64,000 bases of DNA from Amoebidium appalachense (GCA_963693365.1 CAVNZM010000015.1:5836624-5900623); one strand, 5' to 3'; counted from the first letter of the stretch, positions 12,866-27,257 are shown. Made by a program: numbers and translations. Notes: generated from the letters alone by a model not told the origin.

Positions 12866-14484
12866 ACCCGGAGGCCCGCCCGCTGCCCCAGCACCGCATT
12901 GACACCTCCCGCCTCCGGGAACTGCTGGCCTCCTACCCAGACCAATCATTCGCCGCACAACGCCTCCACGATGTCGAATTCGGTGTCGACATCGGCTATC
13001 GCGGCCCCTCCACCTCTCGGGTGGGCCCCAACCTACCCACCACCCCGGAGGCAGCTTCCGCTATCACGGCGGATATTGCCAAAGAAGTCGCCCTCGGCCA
13101 CCTGCGCGGCCCCCTCTCCCCGGCCCAATTCTTTGACGAATTTCCGGTCCACCGTTCCTCCCCCATCGGCGCCGTTACCAAGAAAGGGAACCCCCCCAAG
13201 TACCGTCGAATCCACCACCTCTCCTGGCCCCGGGGTAGCAGTGTCAATGACAGCATCACCTACCCCGACGAACTTCAGTACATTCGCGCCCGGGACGTCA
13301 CCCAGCTCATTCTCGACGCAGGCCCCGGCTGCTACATGGCCGTGGCAGATGTGCAGGCTGCCTTCCGGCACATGCCCATCCGACCAGAAGACCATCACTT
13401 AATGGCATTCAAATGGTTGGGGCATTTTTACGTTGAAACCAGACTGCCCTTCGGCCTGAAATCTAGCCCAGCCATCTGGGAACGGATCGCGGCCACCCTA
13501 CAGTGGCTGGCACACCAGCACGGTATTACCCTCATCCGCCACTACGTAGACGACTGGATTATAGTCGCCCCCACACAAGAGCAGTGCCAACGTCACCTAT
13601 CCACCTTCCTGCAACTCTGCCGAGAGCTGCACATTGCCATCTCCGAAGACAAGATGAAGGGCCCGGCTACCCGTGTCGTCTTCATCGGTATCGAATTCGA
13701 CTCCATCACCATGGAGGCACGAATCCCGGCTTCCAAGCTCTCGGACCTACTCGACCTCACTTCCCACCCAAAGCCCACCATCACCATTCGGGACCTCCAG
13801 TCCCTCCTCGGCAAACTCACCTGGTGTGCCCAGCTGGTTCCCCCCGGGAGGGCCTTCTCCCAGCGCCTATGGGCCCTTCTCCGGACCCACCCACACCTTG
13901 CCGGCCACCACCACATACGACTGACTGCTGCCGCCCGGGCCGACATAGCCGAATGGCACCAGTTCCTCACATCATGGAATGGGGTGCACCTCATCACACC
14001 CCCCACATACACCACCCTGGCCACCGATGCTGCCGGATCGGTGGGTCTAGGAGGCCACTGGCTCAACCAATGGTTCTTCATGCCCTGGTCCCCCTCCACC
14101 CAAGCCCTCTATGCTCATGAGGGTAAACTCGGTTCTTCCGTCATTGAACTCCTGGCCATCGCAGCCGCCGTGGCCCTCTGGGCCCCCTCCTGGTCCACCC
14201 ACCATGTCCGTATTTTATGCGACAACACGGGTGCTGTGTCTGACCTGCACTCCCGGTCTTCCCCCCACCCCGTGATGGCCAAACTTATTCGGTTCATCAC
14301 CCGCATGGAAATGCAATACCAATTTACGTTACAGGCATCCTACCTACCAGGACCCCTCAACCATCTGGCCGATGCCATTTCTCGTAACCAACTTCCCCGG
14401 GCCCGACGACTCCGACCCTCCCTGCAACCGGAGCCCTGCCCCTTCCCCTCCTGGGTCCACGAGTTCCTATCCCTTCCCTTGGGC

Positions 14485-14487
<3 letters not shown>
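12866..14487 (+). CDS. Reverse transcriptase-RNase H of copy 2
   Basis: KYRRIHHLS, ADVQAAFRH, LPFGLKSSP, YVDD, TDAAG, ELLAI, CDN, ADAIS; start placed at predicted acceptor 12865. Confidence 0.95.
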
Positions 14488-14518
<31 letters not shown>

Positions 14519-14549
14519 AGATCTCCCGTTCCGGAGCAACGCTGGCAGA

Positions 14550-15581
14550 TTGGCCCCCCACTTTGCTCCGGCCGAGCTGCTTCGAGCCACCACTACCCTG
14601 CAGGAATGCCAGGCCCTGAGTCTCAACCTCGACTCTCGGGCCTTTTACTCCCGGGTGCAGAAAGTGTTCATCGATTTCTGTGTGGCATCTCGGCTGCAAT
14701 CCCCCTCCGGGTCCTCCCTCCCGGCCTCCCCACACACCGTGCAACTTTTTCTCGCCTGGTGTGCCCAACGAGGGGTACAGGCCTCTTCCTTAACCGGCTA
14801 CAATTCGGCCATCACCAGGCTCCACCTCGACATGGGCCTCCCTGCTCCCTACCCCCACGACAAGTCTCTGGCCTGGTTCCTACGGGGGGTGGGCAGATGG
14901 CAGCTTTCTCACAACATCCGACCCCGCTCATCAACCAGGGAACCCCTCCTGCCCTCCCACCTCAGCCTACTTCATGGCCAGTGCCCCACAAAGGCCTCCT
15001 CGGCCAATCTCCGGCTATGGACAGCCCTCATCGTCGGTTTCTGTGGTCTCCTCCGTTCAGGGGAATTTACCTCCAAGACCCTGACTTCTTTCAACCCGTC
15101 CCGTCACGTTAAACGGAAAGACGTGACCTTCACCTACACCCCCACCGGTACTTTGTCCCATGCCACCCTCCACCTGCCAACCTCTAAGACGGATGTACAG
15201 GCCCGAGGTGTCAACGTCACTCTAGCTGCCCTGCCCCTCACCCATTTCTCCCCAGCCCATCTCCTCCGGCAGTTCCTGCATACAACGTCCGGTCAACCCG
15301 ACGACCCCCTCTTCAGTCTCGGTGGCATCCCCTACACCAAGAGTGCTTTCTCTGCCGACTTCCGTGCCCTCCTGTCCCGGGCAGGCCTCTCACCCTCCCG
15401 GTTTGCCGGACACAGCCTCCGCATCGGGGGGGCCACAGCACTGGCTGAGGCCGGGGTCGACGACTCCCGGATCAAACAACTCGGCAGGTGGTCCTCCGAC
15501 TGTTTCCTGATCTATACACGACTTCGTCCGGCCTCCATTGCTGCCACTACCACACGTGTATTCGCCTCTATTCTTAAGTGA
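14550..15581 (+). CDS. Tyrosine recombinase of copy 2
   Basis: Intact 343-aa frame, same catalytic motifs as 454-1485. Confidence 0.95.
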   Translation: MAPHFAPAELLRATTTLQECQALSLNLDSRAFYSRVQKVFIDFCVASRLQSPSGSSLPASPHTVQLFLAWCAQRGVQASSLTGYNSAITRLHLDMGLPAPYPHDKSLAWFLRGVGRWQLSHNIRPRSSTREPLLPSHLSLLHGQCPTKASSANLRLWTALIVGFCGLLRSGEFTSKTLTSFNPSRHVKRKDVTFTYTPTGTLSHATLHLPTSKTDVQARGVNVTLAALPLTHFSPAHLLRQFLHTTSGQPDDPLFSLGGIPYTKSAFSADFRALLSRAGLSPSRFAGHSLRIGGATALAEAGVDDSRIKQLGRWSSDCFLIYTRLRPASIAATTTRVFASILK

Positions 15582-18500
15582 AACCTTTGGAGCAAGCATG
15601 CTGCTCTCGTGCCGTGGTTTACAACCATTGCAGGTTCACTTTCGTCCAAGGGGATGTCCCCCTAGAGGCAACACACGTCCCGGAGTAGTTTTCATAGAGG
15701 TTTTATTTGTGGAAATTATTGACATAAATATTTTTCTGGGTAAACACGTAGGATGGGTGTCCGATATCAACAGGCTTTGTTTCATGTTTTAGCAGTTCGC
15801 GTTCGGCTGCCCGCATACGGGCACCTATTAGCCGATCAAAACATCAGATTCCACAGATCACTAGACCGAGTCTGATTGGCTCAGGATAAGATTTCACATA
15901 ACACTAGATCGGTTTTGATTGGCTCAGTTCGGTAGCCGTAGGTATATAAGCACGACAGTTTTTAGCAGATCAGCAGGCAACAACACATCTTCTGTGTTTA
16001 GCACCTACAGCTTTACAGCTATATTTTCTTTTCACCCACCCACCTACACCCTACACTCAACCCCCATTGATCCCCACATACGTGCTGTTTTTTCACGGGG
16101 CGAAGACTTCCCCCGTTTTTTGGGCACAAGGACCTCACGGATCAATAAATTGATGACTGGGGGCCTGCCCACACGTCCCGGAGTAGTTTTCATAGAGTAG
16201 AACGTGTGCATATGATATACCTTGAGCATGATTAGCATTGCGTTGGGGGGTCTGTTGGCCATCAGGGTCCATGCCTCCGTCTGCACGACCCCCCTCGCTG
16301 TTTAGGCGACGGCGCGGGGTATGCGGTCGCGCAGCTGTAGGGTTTTCCCTGCTCCCGGCTCGCCTGAGGTTGGTAACCGGCCGCTCCACATCAGAAGATG
16401 CAGCGGCGGCGGCGTGTCCTTGACTGTGAAGAGGGCTGCCATCCTCATTGCGGACATTGTCCGGGGCGTTTCCGTTTTTTTTCTCGGAATACGCTAGATA
16501 GCATTCAAAACGCAAATGTTGGTCGTCACGGAGGTCAAAGCACGGGGTGCACGGTTTACCTAGGTCATTTTGTCATGTTTTCCTAGTGAAATTAATGGCA
16601 CCGTTGGAGCCCAATGTGTGGTGACCCTCCAACCAAACCGCCAAGTTCCATTTAGAAGAAACCACGAGCTTGCCATTATCAACAGCGCTCTCAACTGTCT
16701 GAGAGGTCGTTTTCCTCAGTAAATCTTTTTGTGTATTGCTCAAGGATTTAGCAGCGCTGCGGACGGGCAACTTGGCCGTCAGCTTGTTTGCCATGTTCAA
16801 GGCATGTTTTAGGAAAAGCACAAACAGGGCGAGGTACACCTTATGCAGATGCATCTGGTAAAAAAACAGGAGAAGTACCCGTTTGGGGTGTCTGTTTATT
16901 CAACATTAGGTTGTGCTCGTACTCAACTAGTACCAGAAGATGCTTCCTTACTACGCGTGTAAACACACGTGTACGGCCGGCGGCGGCTCAGTTGCCAACT
17001 TACGGTACTTGCAAACGGCAAAACGCCGGGCAGTTCAGCTGCAAGCTTCTTGTCTGATTGGCTGCTGGCTCTGGCGACTGCTCAACACACCTCAGCTTAG
17101 ACCCAATCAGACCTACGCCGGATTATTTACATGCCTCTGAGATGTCAATTATGATTCGTTCTCGGAAGCTAGCTTCACTAATTGCAAATAGTGAAGGGAC
17201 ATTTGGTTTTAGAGGGGGTGCGAGAGAATGTAAGGGCCGCCACTGGGCTGAAGCAACCCTAAGTTACGGACCCAATATAACAACAACAAAAACGTTATTT
17301 ACATGAAGAAAAATAACTTTTTTGTTTATACTATTGTAAAGCTATGTCAATTTGACAGTTTGCGCTGCTTTAAAAGCAGCTTTCAGTACGGCAAAACGAT
17401 CAGTCAAGTAGGCGCTCCCTATAGGCGGCGGCCGGGCTCGGCGGGCTGACGGCGGCCCCGGCAGCCGCCAAGCTGGGCTAAGTCGCTACCTAAGTGGTTC
17501 TTTATCATGAGCTACGGTAACCTGTAAAGCTATTGGGTTTTGCAGCAAGAACCGGCACTATATAAATAAGCTTCTTCAGCTGCCTGTGGTTCAGTGTGTG
17601 CCTTGCAGCTTGAGGCACACACGGTACAAACCGATGGAAATCCCATATGTAATCATTTGGCTCAAATTGATTTTACCCCTCCTCTGGCGTTTGATGCCTG
17701 GCCTACCAGCCAATCAAACGTATGTCCGGACCCCCCCATGTATTCAAACGTAAGGATATCAGCGGGATATCGACAATAGAGGGTATTGGTACTGTATTAC
17801 CATTGACAATACCAAAGCAATATTATTGCAATATGGCGTTCCTATTGGCGGCAAGGGGTTCTATTGCCAATATCGCCAATAGCTCCAATAGCAAAAAATA
17901 CGTTGGCAATACTTCCGGGAAGTTTGCTGATGTACGTGTTCATGTGCACCTGTGTCGGACCTACGAAGTACATGAAAGTAAATTTTGACAGCATCGATCT
18001 GCCGGTGTGTATGTGTATGTGTGCCAGTGCAGCAAGTGTGCCTTGTAACTCATAGCTTCGCTTTATACGTGTGTGTGTATATAGTAGTACACATAGACAC
18101 TTGCTGATCATTCGGATCGAGATTAAATATGATCTGTCGGTCCTCGGTTTTTTGAGTGAATGATGATCAAGTGTAAGAGCATTCACTTGGCAAGTATTAA
18201 TGTTGCAGAGGCTAGCTGCAGCTGCAAGCGTCGGATGCACACTGACAATTGTCTTTTCAGCGAGTCTAACCTGCAGGCTGCAGCTGCACACATATAGGGT
18301 TGTTATCTTGCGGCACATGCACGGGGATCGTTTCAGAGTAATAGAGTTCAGAGCAATGAAAATAATGAAAATAACTAAACTTTGTGACTACTTTAAAGTT
18401 GCTGAGATCATACGTGGTGCAAGCTGCACTATGAACACATGTACAGTGCTAGTAATTAATACATTTTTGTTGCCTTCTGCAGGGTTACCGTAGCTACGTC

Positions 18501-19069
18501 ACGGCCTGCACTCAGGGGGGGGGGGGGGGGGGGGGGGGGGAGGGGGGAGGGGGGATGATTCGAAGGGGGTATAAATAAGAACATGAACCTAAAGGTCTTT
18601 CCCGTGGATCCCCCCCCCCCCCCCCCCCCCCCCCACCTCTCCCTCCCCCGGGGCCCCATACTATGATATCTAGGCCCAATATTATATGCCCCTTCCCCCC
18701 CCCCCCCCCCCCCCTCTCCGGATCCCCGGACCCCACTTCCCTACCCGGAGGCTCAAGAGCTCCCCCCTTCCCCTCCCCCCCCCCCCCCCCAAGGCTTACG
18801 GGGGCCCTTCTTCGTTGAGGGGGAGGGGGGGGGGGGGGGGGGGGGGGGGGAAGTGGAAGGCAGGGGTGGATGCATGTCAACCTAGGTAAATTAAATTGTG
18901 TAACTCCAGTGTACAGGACTGGTCTGAAGGCTTAAGAAAACAACGAGGAAATGGCCCGGGTCCAGTGGAGGAGGTGGTGGTGTTCTGTGTGTGTGTGTAC
19001 ACGTGCACGTATGGGAAGGTGGGACGCCATCTGCAAAAAAAAATTAAATAAAATGAATACGCTTAGTCA

Positions 19070-22000
19070 CAACGCGAATATTATATTATCCGGAACATCC
19101 ACCCCCCAAGCGAATACTATATTCACTCAACCCCAAGCGAATATAATATTCGCGCGAATCCTGATGATCTAACCCCAAGCGAATGTAATATTCGCTCCGA
19201 TCGATCCATGCGTATATTATATTCGCGCGGATCTTGATTATCAAACCAATCGATCCGAGCGAATATTATATTCGCTTGGGGTTGTAATCAGGGTGCGAGC
19301 GAGTATTATATTCGCTCGCATTTATCCATCCACCCAAGCGAATATAATATTCGCTCGGATCCTGATGATCTAACCCCAAGCGAATATAATATTTGCTCGA
19401 ATCCTGATGATCTAACCCCAAGCGAATATAATATTCGCTCCGATCGATCCGAGCGATTATTATATTCGCGCGGATCTTGATTATCTAACCAATCGATCCA
19501 AGCGAATATTATATTCGCTTGGGGGTTGTAATCATGGTGCGAGCGCCGAGCGAATATAATATTCGCTCGCATCCTGATGATCCCACCCCCAAGCGAATAT
19601 AATATTCGCTCGAATCCTGATGATCCACCCCCCAAGCGAATACTATATTCACTCAACCCCAAGCGAATATAATATTCGCGCGAATCCTGATGATCTAACG
19701 CCAAGCGAATGTAATATTCGCTCCGATCGATCCGAGCGAATATTATATTCGTGCGGATCTTGATTATCAAACCAATCGATCCGAGCGAATATTATATTCG
19801 CTTGGGGTTGTAATCAGGGTGCGAGCGAGTATTATATTCGCTCGCATTTATCCATCCACCCAAGCAAATATAATATTCGCTCGCATCCTGATGATCCCAC
19901 CCCAAGCGAATATAATATTCGCTCGAATCCTGATGATCTAACCCCAAGCGAATGTAATATCCGCTCGAATCCTGATGATCCAACCCCCAAGCGAATATAA
20001 TATTCACTCGGATCCTGATGATCCCACCCCCAAGCGAATATAAAATTCGCTCCGATCGATCCGGGCGAATATTATATTCGCGCGGATCTTGATTATCTAA
20101 CCAATCGATCCAAGCGAATATAATATTCGCTTGGGGGTTGTAATCATGGTGCGAGCGCCGAGCGAATATAATATTCGCTCACATCCTGATGATCCCACCC
20201 CCAAGCGAATATAATATTCGCTCGAATCCTGATGATCCAACCCCCAAGCGAATATAATATTCACTCGGATCCTGATGATCCCACCCCCAAGCGAATATAA
20301 TATTCGCTCCGATCGATCCGGGCGAATATTATATTCGCGCGGATCTTGATTATCTAACCAATCGATCCAAGCGAATATTATATTCGCTTGGGGGTTGTAA
20401 TCATGGTGCGAGCGAATGTTATATTCGCTCGCATCCTGATGATCCCACCCCCAAGTGAATATAATATTCGCTCGCATGCTGATGATCCCACCCCCAAGCG
20501 AATATAATATTCGCTCGCATCCTGAGGATCCCACCCCCAAGCGAATATAATATTCGCTCGCATCCTGATGATCCCACCCCCAAGCGAATATAATATTCGC
20601 TCGGATCCTGATGATCTAACCCCAAGCGAATATAATATTCGCTCCGATCGATCCGGGCGAATATTATATTCGCGCGGATCTTGATTATCTAACCAATCGA
20701 TCCAAGCGAATATTATATTCGCTTGGGGGTTGTAATCATGGTGCGAGCGAATGTTATATTCGCTCACATCCTGATGATCCCACCCCCAAGCGAATATAAT
20801 ATTCGCTCGGATCTTGATGATCTAACCCCAAGCGAATATAATATTCGCTCCGATCGATCCGGGCGAATATTATATTCGCGCGGATCTTGATTATCTAACC
20901 AATCGATCCAAGCGAATATTATATTCGCTTGGGGGTTGTAATCATGGTGCGAGCGAATGTTATATTCGCTCGCATCCTGATGATCCCACCCCCAAGTGAA
21001 TATAATATTCGCTCGCATCCTGATGATCCCACCCCCAAGCGAATATAATATTCGCTCGCATCCTGAGGATCCCACCCCCAAGCGAATATAATATTCGCTC
21101 GCATCCTGATGATCCCACCCCCAAGCGAATATAATATTCGCTCGCATCCTGAGGATCCCACCCCCAAGCGAATATAATATTCGCACGGATCCTGATGATC
21201 CCACCCCCAAGCGAATATAATATTCGCTCGGATCCTGATGATCTAACCCCAAGCGAATATAATATTCGCTCGCATCCTGATGATCCCACCCCAAGCGAAT
21301 ATAATATTCGCTCCGATCGATCCGAGCGATTATTATATTCGCGCGGATCTTGATTATATAACCAATCGATCCAAGCGAATATTATATTCGCTTGGGGGTT
21401 GTAATCATGGTGCGAGCCCCGAGCGAATATAATATTCGCTCGCATCCTGATGATCCCACCCCCAAGCGAATATAATATTCGCTCGAATCCTGATGATCCA
21501 ACCCCCAAGCGAATATAATATTCGCTCGCATCCTGATGATCCCAGCCCAAGCGAATATAATATTCGCTCGCATCCTGATGATCCCACCCCCAAGCGAATA
21601 TAATATTCGCTCGCATCCTGATGATCCAACCCCAAGTGAATATAATATTCGCTCGAATCCTGATGATCTAACCCCAAGCGAATGTAAGATTCGCTCCGAT
21701 CGATCGATCCGGGCGAATATTATATTCGCGCGGATCTTGATTATCTAACCAATCGATCCAAGCTAATAATAATATTCGCTTGGGGGTTGTAATCAGGGTG
21801 CGAGCGAATGTTATATTCGCTCGCACCTATCCATCCCCCCAAGCAAATATAATATTCACTCGGATCCTGATGATCCAACGCCCAAGCGGATATAATATTC
21901 GCTCGCATCCTGATGATCCCACCCCCAAGCGAATATAATATTCGCTCGAATCCTGATGATCCAACCCCCAAGCGAATATAATATTCGCTCGCATCCTGAT

Positions 22001-22462
22001 GATCCCAGCCCAAGCGAATATAATATTCGCTCGCATCCTGATGATCCCACCCCCAAGCGAATATAATATTCGCTCGCATCCTGATGATCCAACCCCAAGT
22101 GAATATAATATTCGCTCGAATCCTGATGATCTAACCCCAAGCGAATGTAAGATTCGCTCCGATCGATCGATCCGGGCGAATATTATATTCGCGCGGATCT
22201 TGATTATCTAACCAATCGATCCAAGCGAATATTATATTCGCTTGGGGGTTGTAATCAGGGTGCGAGCGAATGTTATATTCGCTCGCACCTATCCATCCCC
22301 CCAAGCAAATATAATATTCACTCGGATCCTGATGATCCAACGCCCAAGCGGATATAATATTCGCTTGAATCCTGATGATCCAACCCCAATAATAATAATA
22401 CAATATTATATTCGCTGGCATCCTAACTATGCATCCGCCAGGCGAATATATATATGTATGTG

Positions 22463-22500
<38 letters not shown>

Positions 22501-22600
22501 GTAAGCGCTTTTGAGTATCCAAGTCCCAAGCGAATATACTGTTCGCTCGGATCCTGATTATCCACCCGATGCAAGCGAATATTATACGCGAGTATCCAAA
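19070..22600. repeat. 3.5-kb tandem array of a 17-bp palindrome GCGAATATWATATTCGC with ~15-25 bp recurring linkers
   Basis: Palindrome every ~35-40 bp; linkers such as TCGCATCCTGATGATCCCACCCCCAA, TCCGATCGATCCG, TTGGGGGTTGTAATCATGGTGCGA; 463-bp higher-order repeat (identical ORFs at 21536 and 21999). Confidence 0.95.
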
Positions 22601-23134
22601 ACATTCCTTGGGAGAAACAATTAAATTCACTTTAACATAGGTGAAATGTAAGCGTGATTTTAAAATTTAAAAAATTGTAAATGTTAATTTCTCTACAGTG
22701 ATTGGTTTAATTATCGAATGCTGTTCGCTACACCAATCGTTTCTATAATCTATGTTTTATGTTTTCGCTCGATCCGGAACCCAATCATCGTTGACCTTCT
22801 CATTCGTTGTCACGTGCTCATCTGATAACAGGAATAAATTACTATACCGATAGCTTCGCACATCTTCCCTTGTTACTCAGTACATCATTGCATGACGATG
22901 GTATTAAGCTTTTAATTTGTATAGCAAATTTCTGTTGTTTACGCAGCGAGGAAGAGCAAGAGACGCAGCGAGGCAGAGCTTGCAATATACAAAGCACGGC
23001 TTAGTGGATTAATACCATCTTAACATCACACCTGCTGTATTCTTCGCTGATTCATGTTTGTTCTGCTCTGTTCTTTCTGACGTGATTGCCATTTCATAAA
23101 GTATGGCGTAATGTTGTATCATGCAGCATGCAGA

Positions 23135-23306
23135 ATGGCGGGTATAAAACTCGAGTCAGAAAGGTGCTTTCAAGTTGATCATGTGCACTACAGATGTACA
23201 ATATGCTACAATGGAAACAATTGGACCCTCAATAACCTGAATCAACCATGGTTCAGTGCAGTCCAGGCAATCGCCTTCTTCAACGTAAAGCTGCAACCAC
23301 ATCAGG
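23135..23306 (+). CDS. Probable first coding exon of the integrase-chromodomain gene continuing at 59401
   Basis: ATG at 23135, open frame to G|GTAAGT phase-1 donor at 23307, matching the phase-1 acceptor at 59400. Confidence 0.5.
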
Positions 23307-23764
23307 GTAAGTTTTTCATGAAAAGAATGAACACATGAACACTGGAAAGGATAACCGTGCACAATGACTCTACGGAGACAAAAGCTTACCTTTCATAAGT
23401 GAAGCGTTGACCAGCGCACACAGCGACCTTGATGTATTACAAAGCTGATCACAAAGACAACTCGCGATGATGTCGACCGAACAGTTAAGTGGGAAACAAA
23501 AAAAAAGAAAAAAATTTGTACACCGCGCGAGTTCGGATTACTGCCAGTGGGTTACTGGGAAAGGATCTGGCGGTTGACATCATTCATTCATATACTACCC
23601 ATTTAACGCCCGCATGGCGTTTGCCGATTGGTTGTCAGAGGCGGCAAAATCGTATTTGTTTTAAGTTTTTAAAATTTATATATATACGATCCAACCAATG
23701 AAAATTATTTGTTAACACGAAGGCGATTTATATAATGTTTTAAACGCTAATATCTAACCTGATT

Positions 23765-24332
23765 TTGAACGCATATCATATTCGTCCCATCCTCAAGCGC
23801 ATATTATATTCGCTTGACGCATGCCATTGGTCATGCCATCCTGAAGCGCATATTATATTCGCATGACGCGACCTATGTATGCTCATGTCATCCTGAAGCG
23901 CATATTAAATTCGCTTGACGCATGCCATGCTCCTGCCATCCTGAAGCGCATATTATATTCGCTTGACGCATGCCATTGGTCATGCCATCCTGAAGCGCAT
24001 ATTATATTCGCTTGACGCCACCTATGTATGCTCATGCCATCCTGAAGCGCATATTAAATTCGCTTGACGCATGCCATGCTCATGCCATCCTGAAGCGCAT
24101 ATTAAATTCGCTTGACGCATGCCATTGGTCATGCCATCCTGAAGCGCATATTATATTCGCTTGACGCATGCCATTGGTCATGCCATCCTGAAGCGCATAT
24201 TATATTCGCTTGCCGCATGCCATGCTCATGCCATCCTGAAGCGCATATTAAATTCGCTTGACGCATGCCATTGGTCATGCCATCCTGAAGCGCATATTAA
24301 ATTCGCTTGACGCATGCCATTGGTCAAGCCAT
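23765..24332. repeat. ~48-bp minisatellite, left part (split by the transposon at 24333)
   Basis: TTGACGCATGCCATTGGTCATGCCATCCTGAAGCGCATATTATATTCGC about 11 times; resumes in same orientation at 50090. Confidence 0.92.
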
Positions 24333-24349
24333 CATCAGCAATCTTGCGC

Positions 24350-25830
24350 GAACATCCAAAACATATCAAACCCATCTAGGATATGCAACTGTATATTAAT
24401 GGATAGCGTTTAGATATCCACACGATATGTAGGATGGTTTCAGTCGAACATATCAATACCATCCACTGGATATATACAACATGTCTATTTCCTCCTGACC
24501 TCCAACCAATGTCCAATATATATGTAGTTGCATGCTTAGATAGTGATCAAGATATTGCACCCCCAATAGATATCACATATGGATATCCATGCTGTACCTC
24601 CATTGGGCATCGTTGTGATATCACATATCTGGATATGCAATCAATGCATATATGGATACATAAGTGCACCTATAATGGCCATTAAATACACATTAGATGC
24701 ATATGAATGCTGACATCAAACGCCACCTGGTTGGTTCGGCATGTATTGGATATTAGACAGATGCCCACAATGGATATCGACGCTGGATATCCAATGATGG
24801 AATTTCAACTGCATTCCTCCGTTGGATAGCTATATGGATATGTAACATTCTGGATAATCCATTTGGATGCTTAGCTGTATATTAGACTGGATCAGTAACA
24901 ACATATCCAATACATGACTGACAAGAATATCCGATCAAAATCCCCATACAGATATCAAGATATCCCTGTAGCAAGACATGCAATACACCTAACAAGTATA
25001 TCCAATGGCGGTCTATAGTGGATGTCCATATTGGATATCCATTATAATATCCAGATGGATCGCTAATACATGTGCACTTGACCCCAACGCTAATGAACAA
25101 TGCATGCCCATATTGGATACGTTCCATGGATATCCATTCCGATATCCAGATACATACGCCTTTGCTTGTCCACTAGACCCTCCTATAATAACCAAAGCAT
25201 GACGATTCCACATATCCAATTAGATCACCAAATATGGCTCTGACGGTTATCCATATACACCCGCACGCTGATGTCCAATAGACAATCATACTAAGACACA
25301 ATGGATAGCTATACTGGTTATCTAGGCTCAACATCCATACAGATATCTTGATACACCTGCATTTGCCCATCCACTAGACCCTAATACTAATATCCAATGC
25401 ATGACGAAAATACATATCACAATAGACCCCCATACCGATCTCCAACGGCTATCCATATGCACCCCTGCTTACCCATCCAATATATGTCGATATTCATATA
25501 CAATGCATCACCATTCACAATATCTAAGCTTAATATCCAACATGATATGCGGATACATATACACCTACATATGCACTCGGCACCTATGTTGATACCTAAT
25601 GCATGAAAAACAAAAATATCAAAGTAGATGCCCAACCTAATGCCTAACACTTAACAAACATACATGTTTTGGGATATCCATTTACACCCGTATCTAATAC
25701 TTAAAATATCACTATAACAGCTATCTGGGCTGATACCCATACAGATAGCCAGATACATCTGTAGCTACATCTCTAGGGTATATCCACTGGATTAATTGCA
25801 TAATTTTGGTACTGTATATCTGCAACATAT
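24350..25830. repeat. Left subterminal region rich in GGATAT/ATATCC motifs
   Basis: Dense short motifs in both orientations, no credible ORF; mirrored by 49090-50070. Confidence 0.7.
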
Positions 25831-27213
25831 CTATTAGTGTGTATTTGATGTGTAATAAGGCCTTTCCGGATAAACATTATACATCTTTACCGATCCATCC
25901 ACTGCCAGTCCCGCTATAGGAAAGTAGGTACCTACGAGTGACGACCGGGTTACATTATGAACTGGTAGGGCCGGCCGATGGACGATTTTCACCGATTTTT
26001 TGTGGAATGTGTTTTGCTTCTGCAGGAATTTTGCCCATGCGGCGTGCGGTCCTACACTGCACCGATATTTCGGGTCCGATCCGCGGGGAATCGTGGATCG
26101 TGAGCCTCGTATGTTTGGGTTGAACCGCACGCACCTGCGGGCAGCACTTGATTGGTTTGGGCCGCACCCAGGAATGCGACCGAGGCACACATCCTTTGAT
26201 GCTTGAACTGACACGTGCCAGTGGGCAACGATTAGTGCAGGTGAATGTGCGTGACCAAGAGCAAGCACGCAAGGAGTCTAAGTTTCGCGCACGCTACCGT
26301 AGTCAAACTGCGTGCGCCGCTCTGTCAACTTTGTCATTGCAACAGAGGTTGTAACATAGAGTCATTATTTCCTTTACGACCAGGTCATCTGCCGGGGAGA
26401 ACTTCCTTTCCTTTGTCATAAGTCCACTCCTGTTGTTCTCGAAGTTCATATCGTTTGTCAGTTATATACAAGACGTGGTGTGTTTTTTTGACACCCTTTT
26501 TTAATCACTCTACTTCTGCGTTCAATTCGAACCGTGCTACCTTCTATGTTTTTTAAATAAAAATGGCGGCGAAACATTCTGGACGTGTGCACTCCTTGCC
26601 ACAACAGGCAGGTTAGTTTACCCCCCCACCCCCCCCCCCCCCCCCCCCCGGCCCCCTCCCGCCCCTACTCTGAAGTCCGCAGCCTCCTTCCCCAGTCCCT
26701 CTTCGCCTCTCCACCCTCTTCCTGCCCTCGCGCTGTACTGGCACGCCTGCAAGGCCAGTGTTTGGTCTTCGTTTAGGACTGCTGTTCATCTTTTCTCTTC
26801 ATTGACTCCTTTCCTTTTTTTTTTTTCAACACATGGCTTTCATTCTTGCATCGGGAAGGAGTCTTTTTATGGTGTTTGTGTCTGTGTATGAGTATTCGAG
26901 CCCATACAGGTATTTTCAGGCAGTAGTTGCACTTGACAGCCTCTCCTTTGCATGCATTCATGGCTTTATAATGAAACGATAATAATGTGTACCCAAGCCT
27001 TGCCTAACATTCATGCACGTCTTAATACCATACGTTATCCATAGAAATACATGCCAATTTTTTCTTCCTTTACTCCACACAATATCACTCACACGTACAC
27101 ACACACACACACACACACACCACACGCCACTCTACACCTGTGTGCACCGTCCTGTGTCAGTGGGTGTTATCAATTAAGCACTACGGGGGAAAAGGGAGGG
27201 AAGAGGGGAGGGG

Positions 27214-27245
<32 letters not shown>

Positions 27246-27257
27246 AAACAGACACCG

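Larger units (their letters stand above)
11749..16195 (+). mobile_element. Ngaro copy 2, A-subtype beta, gag 5' part deleted, B2 internally deleted
   Basis: A1 11749-12080 joined directly to gag 3' end (12082); RT/RH; YR; B1-A2-spacer-shortened B2. Confidence 0.93.

Noticed and set aside
19160-22380. Tandem hammerhead ribozymes (CTGATGA)
   Set aside because: No stem II followed by GAAA; the next motif is GCGAAT within the palindrome
19070-22600. CRISPR array
   Set aside because: Linkers recur from a few types rather than being unique; no cas genes; eukaryotic context
19306-22604. ORFs in the palindrome array
   Set aside because: Repetitive translations in several frames, by-products of the repeat
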